Part shown: positions 6,263-16,119 of the stretch, piece after piece
Position numbering within the stretch: the stretch's first letter is position 1
Layout: every line of letters starts with the position of its first letter
Source of the DNA: a virus
Lineage: Duplodnaviria; Caudoviricetes
Length of the DNA: 64,000 nt
Virus record (IMG/VR): IMGVR_UViG_3300020578_005808
Span: 1-64,000 of that record
Direction: 5' to 3' (one strand)
Notes under the pieces: model-generated
What the model was told of the DNA's origin: nothing
The model's database searches: none
The model's input: the letters and a program-made list of their open reading frames with translations, nothing else
Made by a program: the position numbers and the translations under genes

Positions 6263-7345
6263 ATGCAATTTTCCGTTCAAGTTCCTCTTAATCAATTAAG
6301 TTTTGGGCAAGTTAGTTATAATTTGCTTTATGAATTTTATAAAATGGGTTTTAATCCATCTATTTTTAAAGCTTCTGATCATGCCGTTGATCCTTCGGCC
6401 TATGATTTCGATCAAGAATTTTTCAACTGGGTTAATGTAAATCTTTCTAACGCTGTAGTTAATCATAATAGAAATTTACCTGTAATAAGAGTTTGGCATA
6501 TTAATGATTCTTGGAGGAATTATTCTAACAATCAAGTATTGTTAACTTTTCACGAAACAAATCAACTAACTCCAGTAGAAGTTAATATAGCAAAACACAG
6601 CAAAATATGCGTCTCTTCTAAATTTTCTCAAGATGTTTTTAAAGCTCACGGAGTAGATGCTGAAGTTGGTCATTTAGGTTTTGATTCTAGGCATTTTAAA
6701 AAACTAGATAAAACCTATTTTGATGATGGAAGAATTACATTTAACCTATGCGGAAAATTTGAGAAAAGAAAACATCATGCTAAAGTTATAAAAGCATGGG
6801 TCAAAAAGTACGGTAGAAATAAAAAGTATTCGTTACAATGTTCATTATTTAATGTCTTTTACCAAGACCCTAATGAACTTAAATTAATATATAGCGATCT
6901 TTTAGACGGAAAAAGTATTTTTAATGTTTCTTTCTTAAATTTTATGCCGAAAAATTCCGTCTACAATGACTATTTAAATTCAGGGGACATTGTAATTGGA
7001 ATGTCCGGCGGGGAAGGATGGGGGTTGCCAGAATTTCAATCAGTTGGTTTAGGCAAGCATGCCGTTATTTTAAACGCAACAGCTTATAAGGAATGGGCAA
7101 ATGAAGAAAATACGGTACTAGTAAATCCCTCGTCTCAAGAAGAAGTTTATGATGGCAAATTCTTTTTCAAAGGAAGTCCATTTAATCAAGGGCAAATATA
7201 TGATTTTAATGAAGACGACTTTATTGATGGATGTGAAAAAGCAATTGCTAGAGTAGAGCAAGATAGAGTAAATAAAAAAGGATTAGAAATCCAAAACAAT
7301 TTTAAATACGAAAATTTAGCAAAAAAACTTTTATCGATGATTTAA
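6263..7345 (+). CDS. Glycosyltransferase, GT-B/GT4-like
   Basis: GKFEKRKHH and GMSGGEGWGLPEFQSVGLGK (EGxGLP donor-binding motif). Confidence 0.85.
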   Translation: MQFSVQVPLNQLSFGQVSYNLLYEFYKMGFNPSIFKASDHAVDPSAYDFDQEFFNWVNVNLSNAVVNHNRNLPVIRVWHINDSWRNYSNNQVLLTFHETNQLTPVEVNIAKHSKICVSSKFSQDVFKAHGVDAEVGHLGFDSRHFKKLDKTYFDDGRITFNLCGKFEKRKHHAKVIKAWVKKYGRNKKYSLQCSLFNVFYQDPNELKLIYSDLLDGKSIFNVSFLNFMPKNSVYNDYLNSGDIVIGMSGGEGWGLPEFQSVGLGKHAVILNATAYKEWANEENTVLVNPSSQEEVYDGKFFFKGSPFNQGQIYDFNEDDFIDGCEKAIARVEQDRVNKKGLEIQNNFKYENLAKKLLSMI

Positions 7346-7346
7346 T

Positions 7347-7718
7347 ATGCCTCTATATCTTTTTCGTAATCCAAAAACCAATAAAATAGTTCAGATATTT
7401 CAAGAAATGAATGCTGAACATGTCTATGCTGAAAACGGAATAATTTTCGAAAGAGTTTTTACTGTTCCAAATACAGCAATAGATTCTGAAATTGACCCTG
7501 ATTCCGCAACTCAATTTGTAGAAAAAACCGGTAAAATGAAGGGCACCCTTGGAGAAATCTGGGATTATTCAAAAGAATTAAGCGAAAAGAGAACCCGCGA
7601 AAAAGGATACGATCCGGTAAGAGAAAAGGCAGAAAAAAACTATTCTAAAAAACGCAAGGGATTAAAATATAAAGAAAAAATAAACCCCTCTGAAATCCCC
7701 AAGATATCGCTTGACTAA
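7347..7718 (+). CDS. FmdB-like small protein lacking the zinc-ribbon cysteines
   Basis: MPLYLFRNPKTNKIVQIFQEM mirrors MPxYxYxCxxCG..FE..QxM without Cys. Confidence 0.5.
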   Translation: MPLYLFRNPKTNKIVQIFQEMNAEHVYAENGIIFERVFTVPNTAIDSEIDPDSATQFVEKTGKMKGTLGEIWDYSKELSEKRTREKGYDPVREKAEKNYSKKRKGLKYKEKINPSEIPKISLD

Positions 7719-7740
7719 TCTTAACTTCTTTCCTTAATAA
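7711..7740 (+). promoter_or_regulatory. sigma70-type promoter for nrdJ (short leader)
   Basis: TTGACT-18nt-TAATAA; ATG 14 nt later. Confidence 0.55.
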
Positions 7741-7754
7741 ACAATTCTTTCAAC

Positions 7755-9722
7755 ATGACAATTCTTTCTAAAGATTTCGTAAATAGCTATAAAAATAAGC
7801 AGCCCAACTGGGGTTTTAATGGGTTAGGTTATATTGTATATAAAAGAACTTATGCTAGACTTAAAGATGACGGAGCTACTGAAGAATGGCACGAAACAAT
7901 AGAAAGATGTATAAACGGAGCCCAAAAAATTGGAGCAGATTATACACAAGAAGAAGCTGAAAAGTTATTTGATCTTGCATTTAATCTTAAATGCAATTTT
8001 GCAGGAAGAATGTTGTGGCAGTTGGGTACTAGTACTGTAGACAGATTTGGCGCTAATTCTCTTTTAAATTGCTGGTTTACCAGCATGAAAGAACCAAAGG
8101 CATTTTTATTTTTGTTTGAAAATTTAATGCTGGGTGGAGGAGTGGGCTATAGCATTCGAAGAGAGGATGTTATGGAATTACCCAAGATTAAAACTGGAGT
8201 TAACATAACTCATCAGCAAACTAAAGACGCTGATTTTATTGTTCCAGATTCAAGAGAGGGATGGGTAAAACTTTTAGAAAATCTACTGACTGCATTTTTT
8301 CAAACAGGTAAAAGTTTTTCTTACAGCACTATCTTAATCAGAGGCGCTGGAGAAAAGATAAATGGATTTGGAGGAAAAGCAAGTGGATCTGCTATTTTGG
8401 TTGATGGTATTAATAAAATTACAAACGTATTTCACTCTAGAGAGGGTAAAAAATTTCGTTCTATTGATGTACTTGATATTTGCAATATTATTGGAAGCAT
8501 TGTGGTTGCTGGCAATGTGAGAAGATCTGCTGAAATTGCTTTAGGGGATCCGGACGACATTCTTTATCTACGGGCTAAAAATTGGAATACAGGAAATGTT
8601 CCAAATTGGCGAGCAATGTCTAATAATACTTTATATGTAGATGACTATTCTCATTTGCTCGATGAATTCTGGACTAACGGATACGAGATTAATAAGGATA
8701 CTGGATTTGCAAATGGAGAGCCTTATGGATTTTTTAACTTACCTCTTTCTCAAAAGTATGGGCGACTAAAGGATGGTCCGATCAAAAATTCAGATCTATA
8801 TCCTACTAATATAGATAATGTCGTAGGCACAAATCCTTGTGGTGAAATTAGTCTTTCTGATTATGAATGCTGTAACCTTTGCGAACTATATTTAAATAAT
8901 ATTGAATCTAAAGAAGAACTCATAGAGTCCGCTAAATTACTTTATAAAACTCAAAAAGCTATTGCAGCACTACCATTCTTACATGAAGAAACAAATAACA
9001 TTGTTCACAAAAACATGCGCCTCGGTCTTGGGGTTACTGGTATTTGCCAGTCTCTTGATAAGCTTGATTGGCTTGATGACTGTTATGTTGCTCTTCGGAA
9101 GTTTGATAAATTATGGAGCAAGCAAAAAGGATGGCCTAGAAGCATTAAATTAACTACAATTAAGCCATCTGGAACATTGAGTTTATTAGGTGGAGCTACG
9201 CCCGGAGTACACCCGGCTTATTCTAAATATTACATGAGGACTGTAAGAATGAGCAGTGACGACAGGCTCGTTCAAATTTGTAGGGATTTAGGTTATCATA
9301 CCGAATTCTTATTAAACTTTGATGGTACAGAAAATCGGGATACTATTGTTGTGTATTTCCCATGCGAAACTCCGGATGGAGCTATTTTAGCCGATGATAT
9401 GGGCGTTATTAAACAGTTAGACATGGTCAAGACATTACAAGATGTGTGGAGTGATAATGCTGTATCTGTTACTGCTTACTATTCTCCTGAAGAACTAGAT
9501 GCATTAAAGAGTTGGCTTAAAGAGAACTATAAAAACAATATAAAGAGTGTTAGTTTCCTACTTAGACAAAAACATGGTTTTAAGCAAGCTCCATACCAAG
9601 AAATAACAAAAGAAGCTTATGAATTAGCAAAGTCTAAAGTAAAGCCTCTATCAAATATTAATATAACAGGAGAAACTTTGCAAGGACTAGAATGCGAAGG
9701 TGGAGTTTGCCCTATAAGGTAA
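7755..9722 (+). CDS. nrdJ: Class II (adenosylcobalamin-dependent) ribonucleotide reductase, monomeric RTPR type
   Basis: SLLNCWF, TNPCGEI, ECCNL, TTIKPSGT, C-terminal CEGGVCPIR; no beta-subunit gene nearby. Confidence 0.93.
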   Translation: MTILSKDFVNSYKNKQPNWGFNGLGYIVYKRTYARLKDDGATEEWHETIERCINGAQKIGADYTQEEAEKLFDLAFNLKCNFAGRMLWQLGTSTVDRFGANSLLNCWFTSMKEPKAFLFLFENLMLGGGVGYSIRREDVMELPKIKTGVNITHQQTKDADFIVPDSREGWVKLLENLLTAFFQTGKSFSYSTILIRGAGEKINGFGGKASGSAILVDGINKITNVFHSREGKKFRSIDVLDICNIIGSIVVAGNVRRSAEIALGDPDDILYLRAKNWNTGNVPNWRAMSNNTLYVDDYSHLLDEFWTNGYEINKDTGFANGEPYGFFNLPLSQKYGRLKDGPIKNSDLYPTNIDNVVGTNPCGEISLSDYECCNLCELYLNNIESKEELIESAKLLYKTQKAIAALPFLHEETNNIVHKNMRLGLGVTGICQSLDKLDWLDDCYVALRKFDKLWSKQKGWPRSIKLTTIKPSGTLSLLGGATPGVHPAYSKYYMRTVRMSSDDRLVQICRDLGYHTEFLLNFDGTENRDTIVVYFPCETPDGAILADDMGVIKQLDMVKTLQDVWSDNAVSVTAYYSPEELDALKSWLKENYKNNIKSVSFLLRQKHGFKQAPYQEITKEAYELAKSKVKPLSNINITGETLQGLECEGGVCPIR

Positions 9723-9726
9723 AAAT

Positions 9727-10509
9727 ATGAAATATTATATCAGAGGAGGAGTGGGAGATATTCTTCAATCTCTATGGTTTATTAAAACTTATCCCGAAAA
9801 AGAATTTATTGTTCACACTCATTATAAAGGAGCAAAAGAAATATTTTCTCATTTCGGCGCTAAGAACGCTCATTTTTATGAGTTTGATGATCTTGAAAGT
9901 CATAATACTCAAGTAGATTTCATAAAGGAAGATCATGCTAAAGAAAGCCAAAAAGACATTGCAGATACTCCAAGGGCATTCTATAGCGATTTTGATTTTG
10001 GCGCAGAAGCAAATGAGGCGGCTAAGAAATTAGTCGAATCATTTCAAGAACAAAAAAACATTATAGGAATTCATCCATTTAGAAGCGGCTTCGCCCAGTC
10101 TGTATATGATGATTTTAATCTACCCGCTAAGGAACTGCCAGTAGAAATCTCAAAAAACGTAATTAACGATAATAGTAATTATTTACTATTCGGTTCTAAA
10201 AATGAACTTCTTCAGTATGGAATACCAGAAAGCAAAAATGTAAAGTTTGTTTGCTTTAGCGATATTATTTATAGTTTAGCAACAGTAAAGTATTGCAAGA
10301 CTCTAGTTGGTCTCGATAGTTGTTTTAAAAGCATGTCCTCAATGCAAAGAATAAATACGATATGCATAATTGGTAATTTTAATGATCCAACTAGAGATTC
10401 TATGTTTATCAATCAGTATCAAAAAGATGGAGTAATGAAAGTATACAAAGTAAATAATATAGAGGAAGAGAAAGAAGAAATATCAGAGTTCATCACTAAG
10501 AATCTATAA
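9727..10509 (+). CDS. GT9 (heptosyltransferase)-like glycosyltransferase
   Basis: N-terminal RGGVGDIL, IGIHPF, LVGLDS motifs. Confidence 0.6.
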   Translation: MKYYIRGGVGDILQSLWFIKTYPEKEFIVHTHYKGAKEIFSHFGAKNAHFYEFDDLESHNTQVDFIKEDHAKESQKDIADTPRAFYSDFDFGAEANEAAKKLVESFQEQKNIIGIHPFRSGFAQSVYDDFNLPAKELPVEISKNVINDNSNYLLFGSKNELLQYGIPESKNVKFVCFSDIIYSLATVKYCKTLVGLDSCFKSMSSMQRINTICIIGNFNDPTRDSMFINQYQKDGVMKVYKVNNIEEEKEEISEFITKNL

Positions 10510-11186
10510 TGAAATCTTTTTACGCTCACATTGATCTGGGCGATTTAGTTTATTCTTTATATTATGCAAAAAAGCTAGGCTTTGAAAAATATATTATTGA
10601 TGGAGAAAGGGGAATTTGTAAATTTAACAATGAATCAAAAAAATTCATAAGTCCTTTTATATCTTCTCAACCTTATATTAAGGAAATTGAAGATTTTACC
10701 GGCCAGCCTTATGATGTAGATTATGGATCTCACCCCGAAGGAAAAGAAGTTGTAGTTGGAACAAATTTAGTAGAATATCACTCTTCCAAGTTTAAGATAG
10801 ACTGGAAAACCGTAAATGAAGCTTGGTTAACAGCCCATTCGATAAACATAAACAAAAAAGTAGTCATAAACAGAACTCCTAGATATCAAGGAAATTATTA
10901 CTTTTATAATGACTTTCTCAGGCATATTAATATAAGCGATTGTGTTTTTGTAGGACTTAAAAATGAATGGGAAAGATTTTGCTTTGAATTTAAAAAACCA
11001 GTCGATTATTACCCAACAACTTCATCTATTGAGTTAGCAGCTGTAATAAACGGGACTGAGTTTTTTCTCGGAAATCAATCCCTATCCTTAGCAATAGCCA
11101 CCGGATTAGGCAAAAGATGTTTTGTAGAAAAAGGACAACAATGCGCTAATTATATTTTCAACTCAAAAAAGATTGTATATTTTTAA
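10509..11186 (+). CDS. GT9-like glycosyltransferase
   Basis: DLGDLVYSL and LAAVING..FFLGNQSLSLAIA motifs. Confidence 0.6.
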   Translation: MKSFYAHIDLGDLVYSLYYAKKLGFEKYIIDGERGICKFNNESKKFISPFISSQPYIKEIEDFTGQPYDVDYGSHPEGKEVVVGTNLVEYHSSKFKIDWKTVNEAWLTAHSININKKVVINRTPRYQGNYYFYNDFLRHINISDCVFVGLKNEWERFCFEFKKPVDYYPTTSSIELAAVINGTEFFLGNQSLSLAIATGLGKRCFVEKGQQCANYIFNSKKIVYF

Positions 11187-11917
11187 TGAAAATTGCTGTA
11201 ACAAATATTTATACAAAAAACATAAAAGAGCTAGCAATAATAACAACAGAATATAACAAAAGAAAATATTGCGAAAAGCACGGCTACGATTTAATAGTGC
11301 AAACTGATAATTTTGCCCTCCCTCATTTAGGTTTTGAAAAATTAAACTTAATAAAAAATACTATCCAAACAAATAAATACGACTGGGTTTATTGGTGTGG
11401 CACAGACACCATGATAACAAATTATAAAATAAAACTAGAAGACATAATAGATGAAAATTATTGTTTTATAATCGCTCCCGACCTCTGGGATTGGAATGTA
11501 GATTCAATGTTGTTTAAAAACGACGAAAGAACAATTAGATTTCTAGAAACTATAATATCTCGATACTCAGACTATATAGACGAAAACGGGAATCCGAAAA
11601 TTAATAAAGTAAAAAGAAAAGATGGTAACTGGGTAGCTTGGGCTGAAAACGGAGCAATAATAGAAGAGTGTAAGGGAATTGATTTTACGACAACCATAAA
11701 GAAAGAGTATCAAAATTTCGTAAAAGAGGTCCCACAAAAAACAATGAACTCTTACTTGTATAATTTATATGCAACTCCAGAGCATTCAAAAAAATTAGAT
11801 TATCAAAATAGAAATGGACAATGGTCAAAAGGAGATTTTTTAGTGCATTGGCCGGGAACTCACAATAACCTAAAGTTGCAACTAGCTTTAGCAACAGTTC
11901 AACAAGTACAGGAGTAA
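11186..11917 (+). CDS. GT34 (GMA12/MNN10)-like glycosyltransferase, paralog 1
   Basis: KRKYCEKHGYDL, YDWVYWCGTDTMITN, GDFLVHWPG. Confidence 0.75.
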   Translation: MKIAVTNIYTKNIKELAIITTEYNKRKYCEKHGYDLIVQTDNFALPHLGFEKLNLIKNTIQTNKYDWVYWCGTDTMITNYKIKLEDIIDENYCFIIAPDLWDWNVDSMLFKNDERTIRFLETIISRYSDYIDENGNPKINKVKRKDGNWVAWAENGAIIEECKGIDFTTTIKKEYQNFVKEVPQKTMNSYLYNLYATPEHSKKLDYQNRNGQWSKGDFLVHWPGTHNNLKLQLALATVQQVQE

Positions 11918-11918
11918 A

Positions 11919-12650
11919 ATGAAAATTGCTTTAATAAATATATACACCACAAACATTAAAGAGCTAGCAGTTATAACAACAGAATTTAATAAAAGAAAGT
12001 ATTGTGAAAAACATCAATACGATTTAATAATAGAAACAAAAAATTTTTCGCTGCCTCACTTAGGATTTGAAAAGCTAGCTTTGATAAAAAGAACGCTTGA
12101 GTCTAATAAATATGATTGGGTTTATTGGTGCGGAACTGACACCATGATTACTAATTATAATATTAAAATAGAAGATTTAATTGACGATAACTATTCATTC
12201 ATAATAGCTCCGGACGTGTGGGATTGGAATTCTGATTCAATGCTCTTTAAAAATAGCAAAGAATCACTTCAATTTCTAGAGAAAGTTATTTCAAAATATG
12301 ATAAATACGTGGATGAAAATGGAAACGCAAAAAGCAATAACATAAAACTTAAAGATGGATGCACAATAACTTGGGGAGAACAAGCCGCTTTAATAGAAGA
12401 ATGCAAAGGAAAATTCTTTTCAACAGAAATAAAAGAAGAGTATAAAAATTTTGTTAAAGAAGTTCCGCAAAAAACAATGAACTCTTACCTGTATGAACTT
12501 TATCCAACTCCTTTTCACGCTCAAAAAAAGGATTATAGAGGAAGAAATGGAGAATGGTCTGAAGGTGATTTTTTAATGCACTGGCCCGGTACAAACAATA
12601 ATGCTAGAATTCAAATAGCGTTAAATATGATTAAACTAGTAAAAGAATAA
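11919..12650 (+). CDS. GT34-like glycosyltransferase, paralog 2 (tandem duplicate)
   Basis: Same length (243 aa) and long identical blocks with the preceding ORF. Confidence 0.75.
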   Translation: MKIALINIYTTNIKELAVITTEFNKRKYCEKHQYDLIIETKNFSLPHLGFEKLALIKRTLESNKYDWVYWCGTDTMITNYNIKIEDLIDDNYSFIIAPDVWDWNSDSMLFKNSKESLQFLEKVISKYDKYVDENGNAKSNNIKLKDGCTITWGEQAALIEECKGKFFSTEIKEEYKNFVKEVPQKTMNSYLYELYPTPFHAQKKDYRGRNGEWSEGDFLMHWPGTNNNARIQIALNMIKLVKE

Positions 12651-12651
12651 T

Positions 12652-13962
12652 ATGGATAGAATTTTAAATGAAATAAAAAAATACGCAGATGAAAACATAT
12701 TAAAGAAAAATTGGGAGGCCGGAAAAGACTGGGTTCAGTATTCAGGTCCTTATTTTTCATCAGATGAATATGTAGCGGCAGTTAAATCTTTACTAACCGG
12801 ATGGATAGTAATGTCAGAAGATTCATTATCTTTTGAAAATATTTTTCCTAAATATCTTGGAAAAGAATACGGCATCTTAACTAATAGCGGTAGTAGTTCA
12901 AATTTAATAATGATGTCTGCTTTGACATCTAAGCGTCTTTATAATTTACCTAAAGGAACAAAAGTTATTACTCCTATAGCTGGTTTTCCAACAACAATTA
13001 ATCCTATCTTTCAAGTTGGATTTGAGCCTCTTTTTGTTGATATAGAAATTGATACTTTGAATTTAAATTTAGACCAAGTAGAAGAGCAGGCTAAGAAAGG
13101 AGCAAGAGTAATCACATTTGCACATGTTTTGGGCAACCCACCAGACATGAATAGGTTAATGGAAATAGTAAAAGAATATGAATTAATCCTTTTAGAAGAT
13201 TGTTGCGACGCTTTAGGATCGTCTTATAACGGACAACTGCTAGGAAGCTATGGTGAATTTGCTAGTTGCAGTTTTTATCCAGCTCATCATATGACTATTG
13301 GCGAAGGAGGATTTGTTGCCTGCAACACAAAACAACAAGAAGTAATAGCTAGAAGTTTTAGAGAATGGGGGCGAGGATGTTATTGTGTTGGCAAGAAAGC
13401 TAACCTTTTAAAAAACGGGACATGCAATAAAAGGTTCCATAATTGGCTTCCTTCAATCCCAGATGAAATTTTTGATCATAAATATGTATACGATGAAATA
13501 GGATATAACTTAAAACCAATAGAATTACAAGCTTCTATAGGTTTGCAACAAATTAAAAAGCTCCCAGAAATCCACAATAGAAGAAAAGAAAACCACGCTT
13601 TATTAACTAATGTATTTAAAAAGCATGAAGAATTTTTCCATATTCCTATTGCTACTCCTTGCTCGGACCCCAGTTGGTTTGCGTTTGCTGTTACAATAAA
13701 AGGTTCATCTCCATTCAAGAGAAGACAGATCGTTGACTTTTTTGAAAGCAACAAGATTCAAACCAGACCATATTTTGCGGGAAACATTATGCTACAACCG
13801 GCTTATGAAGGTTATATTAGCAATGAAGATGTGATTAAGAAATTTCCAGTGTCAAGAAAGGTTACTTCAGACACCTTCTTTTTAGGAACTAGCCCAGTAA
13901 TATCATTGCCGCAAATACAATATATAGAAGAAAAACTTGATTTGTTTATTGCTAATCTGTAA
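12652..13962 (+). CDS. rfbH: NDP-4-keto-6-deoxyglucose 3-dehydrase (RfbH/DdhC, PLP/PMP-dependent)
   Basis: LTNSGSSSNL, EDCCDALGS, SFYPAHHMTIGEGG, EWGRGCYC, FDHKYVYDEIGYNLK. Confidence 0.9.
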   Translation: MDRILNEIKKYADENILKKNWEAGKDWVQYSGPYFSSDEYVAAVKSLLTGWIVMSEDSLSFENIFPKYLGKEYGILTNSGSSSNLIMMSALTSKRLYNLPKGTKVITPIAGFPTTINPIFQVGFEPLFVDIEIDTLNLNLDQVEEQAKKGARVITFAHVLGNPPDMNRLMEIVKEYELILLEDCCDALGSSYNGQLLGSYGEFASCSFYPAHHMTIGEGGFVACNTKQQEVIARSFREWGRGCYCVGKKANLLKNGTCNKRFHNWLPSIPDEIFDHKYVYDEIGYNLKPIELQASIGLQQIKKLPEIHNRRKENHALLTNVFKKHEEFFHIPIATPCSDPSWFAFAVTIKGSSPFKRRQIVDFFESNKIQTRPYFAGNIMLQPAYEGYISNEDVIKKFPVSRKVTSDTFFLGTSPVISLPQIQYIEEKLDLFIANL

Positions 13963-13973
13963 AATATTTTATT

Positions 13974-14933
13974 ATGTCTAAGGTGGTTTATATAACTGGT
14001 TGCTTGGGCCTTATTGGTTCTTATTTGACAAGAGCTTGCTTAAAGCAAGATTATTATGTAATTGGCATAGATAAAATTACATATGCTGCAAGACCAGATC
14101 TTTTAAATGAATTTTTGTCATATGAAAGATTTAAATTTGAAGAGCAAGACATTTGCGACATAAATAGACTTGTAGATTGTGATTATTTTATTAATGTTGC
14201 AGCCGAAACCCATGTTGATAATTCTATTAGAAAAAGCGATGAGTTTGTTAAATCTAATATAAACGGAGTTCATAATATTCTTGAACTTATCAAAGGATAT
14301 AAAAAGGAAGGTATTATTATTCCAACTCTACTTCATTTTAGCACCGATGAAGTTTATGGAGATATTTCTAGCGGCGAACATATTGAAACAGACTTACTGA
14401 AGCCAAGTAATCCTTATGCTGCCACAAAAGCCGCCGCAGATCAATTAATTTTAGCTTGGGCCAGAACTTACAAAATTCCATATGTAATAGTAAGACCTAC
14501 TAACAATTATGGAATTGGTCAATATGTAGAAAAACTTATACCTAAGACTTGCAAGTGCTTGACTCTAGATAGAAAGGTTCCCCTTCATAATAATGGTACT
14601 CCATATAGAAACTGGCTACATGCTAAAGATACCGCCGATGGAGTTCTAACAATAATAAACAGTGGAGTCAAGAATGAAATATTTAATATCGCAGGAGGCT
14701 TTGAACAAAGCAACATTGTAACTGTAGAAAAAATAATAACAGAATATTTCGGAAAACTTCCTAGTGATTATGTGGAAAAACATCTAGACCTTTCATTGTC
14801 TAGAGATGGCCAAGACGTAAGATATGCTCTTAATGATAACAAGCTGAGAGCTTTAGGTTGGAAGCCTAAATGCAATTTTGATAAAGAGCTAAAAGAAATC
14901 GTCAAATTTTATAAGAACAACTTTTTCTGGTAA
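13974..14933 (+). CDS. rfbB: dTDP-glucose 4,6-dehydratase-like
   Basis: TGCLGLIGS, AAETHVDNSI, STDEVYG, NPYAATKAAAD, QDVRYALN. Confidence 0.88.
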   Translation: MSKVVYITGCLGLIGSYLTRACLKQDYYVIGIDKITYAARPDLLNEFLSYERFKFEEQDICDINRLVDCDYFINVAAETHVDNSIRKSDEFVKSNINGVHNILELIKGYKKEGIIIPTLLHFSTDEVYGDISSGEHIETDLLKPSNPYAATKAAADQLILAWARTYKIPYVIVRPTNNYGIGQYVEKLIPKTCKCLTLDRKVPLHNNGTPYRNWLHAKDTADGVLTIINSGVKNEIFNIAGGFEQSNIVTVEKIITEYFGKLPSDYVEKHLDLSLSRDGQDVRYALNDNKLRALGWKPKCNFDKELKEIVKFYKNNFFW

Positions 14934-14938
14934 AAAGT

Positions 14939-15079
14939 ATGACAATAAAAGAAGTTTGCTAAAAAGTTCGATTATCTTTTATCAACAAATACAATATAAT
15001 ATTATTAAAACAAAATTACGATTTATTTATAGATGACAAAAATATAAACGCTAAAGATTTCGATAATCTGCCAATATGA
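14939..15079 (+). pseudogene. Remnant of a HAD-like (capsule biosynthesis) phosphatase gene with an in-frame nonsense codon
   Basis: Frame reads MTIKEVC*KVRLSFINKYNIILLKQNYDLFIDDKNINAKDFDNLPI*; YDLFIDDK motif; TGA overlaps the neuB-like ATG (ATGA). Confidence 0.6.
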
Positions 15080-16119
15080 ACAATCAAATTTTTGAAAATC
15101 TATTAATTTTAGAACTCGCCAATAATCATTGGGGATCGCTAGAAAGAGGCAAAAAGATAGTTAGAGAATTTGCTAAGGTCGTAAAAATTAATAGAGTAAA
15201 AGCGTCTATTAAACTTCAGTTTAGAGATGTAGATAATTTTATTCATAAAGACTTCAAAAATAATAATAGCAGATATATACAAAAAACTACTAAAACTAAA
15301 TTATCTTTCTCTGAGTTTAAAGAACTAATTACTTATATCAAAAAGCACGACTGTATTCCTATGGCTACTCCATTTGACGAAACATCCGTCGATTGGTGTG
15401 TGGAGCTAGATCTTCCTATAATTAAGATTGCTAGTTCAGATATTAATGATTGGTTGCTGATCAACAAGATTGCTACCACCAAAAAGCCTGTAATTATTTC
15501 TACTGGTGGAGCAAATGACAAGCAAATAGATGATGTAATTAAATTCTTTACAAATAGAAATATATCCATAGCAGTCAACCACTGCGTTTCTAAGTATCCC
15601 AGCTCAGATGACGAACTAGAGCTAAATCAGATAAACTATTTAAAAAATAAATATCCAGACCTCATAATTGGTCTTTCAACTCATGAGCATAATGATTGGC
15701 ACTCTTCGATGCTTATTTCTTATGCCAAGGGGGCTAGAACTTGGGAAAGACACATCGACATACCATACCCATCCAATCATGAGCAAAAAGAAGTTTCGCC
15801 TTATTGCTCTTTACCTCATCAAATAGATGAATGGTTTAAGGCTTTTAATAAAGCCGTTTCTATGTGCGGAACATCTTTAGAAAACAGAAGAGTTATAGAC
15901 GATAAAGAAATAAACTATTTAGAGTCTTTGTATAGAGGATTATATCTGAAGCAAGATTTGAAAAAAGGAAGCAAAATTTTTCTTAATAATATCTATAGCG
16001 CGATTCCTTATCAAAAAGAAATTGGGCATATTTCTTCTAGAGATTATTTTGATGGAGAATTTATTCTAAATAAGAATCTTAAAAAAGATAGCCCGCTTAC
16101 AAAAGACGACATTTCCTAA
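15076..16119 (+). CDS. NeuB-family PEP-dependent ulosonic acid synthase with SAF domain
   Basis: ELANNHWG, KLQFR, TPFD, KIASSD, IISTGG, HCVSKYP, ERHI. Confidence 0.88.
   Translation: MNNQIFENLLILELANNHWGSLERGKKIVREFAKVVKINRVKASIKLQFRDVDNFIHKDFKNNNSRYIQKTTKTKLSFSEFKELITYIKKHDCIPMATPFDETSVDWCVELDLPIIKIASSDINDWLLINKIATTKKPVIISTGGANDKQIDDVIKFFTNRNISIAVNHCVSKYPSSDDELELNQINYLKNKYPDLIIGLSTHEHNDWHSSMLISYAKGARTWERHIDIPYPSNHEQKEVSPYCSLPHQIDEWFKAFNKAVSMCGTSLENRRVIDDKEINYLESLYRGLYLKQDLKKGSKIFLNNIYSAIPYQKEIGHISSRDYFDGEFILNKNLKKDSPLTKDDIS

Noticed and set aside
11186-12650. Repeated DNA segments as a possible CRISPR or mobile-element repeat
   Set aside because: Explained by tandem gene duplication; no regularly spaced repeat-spacer units
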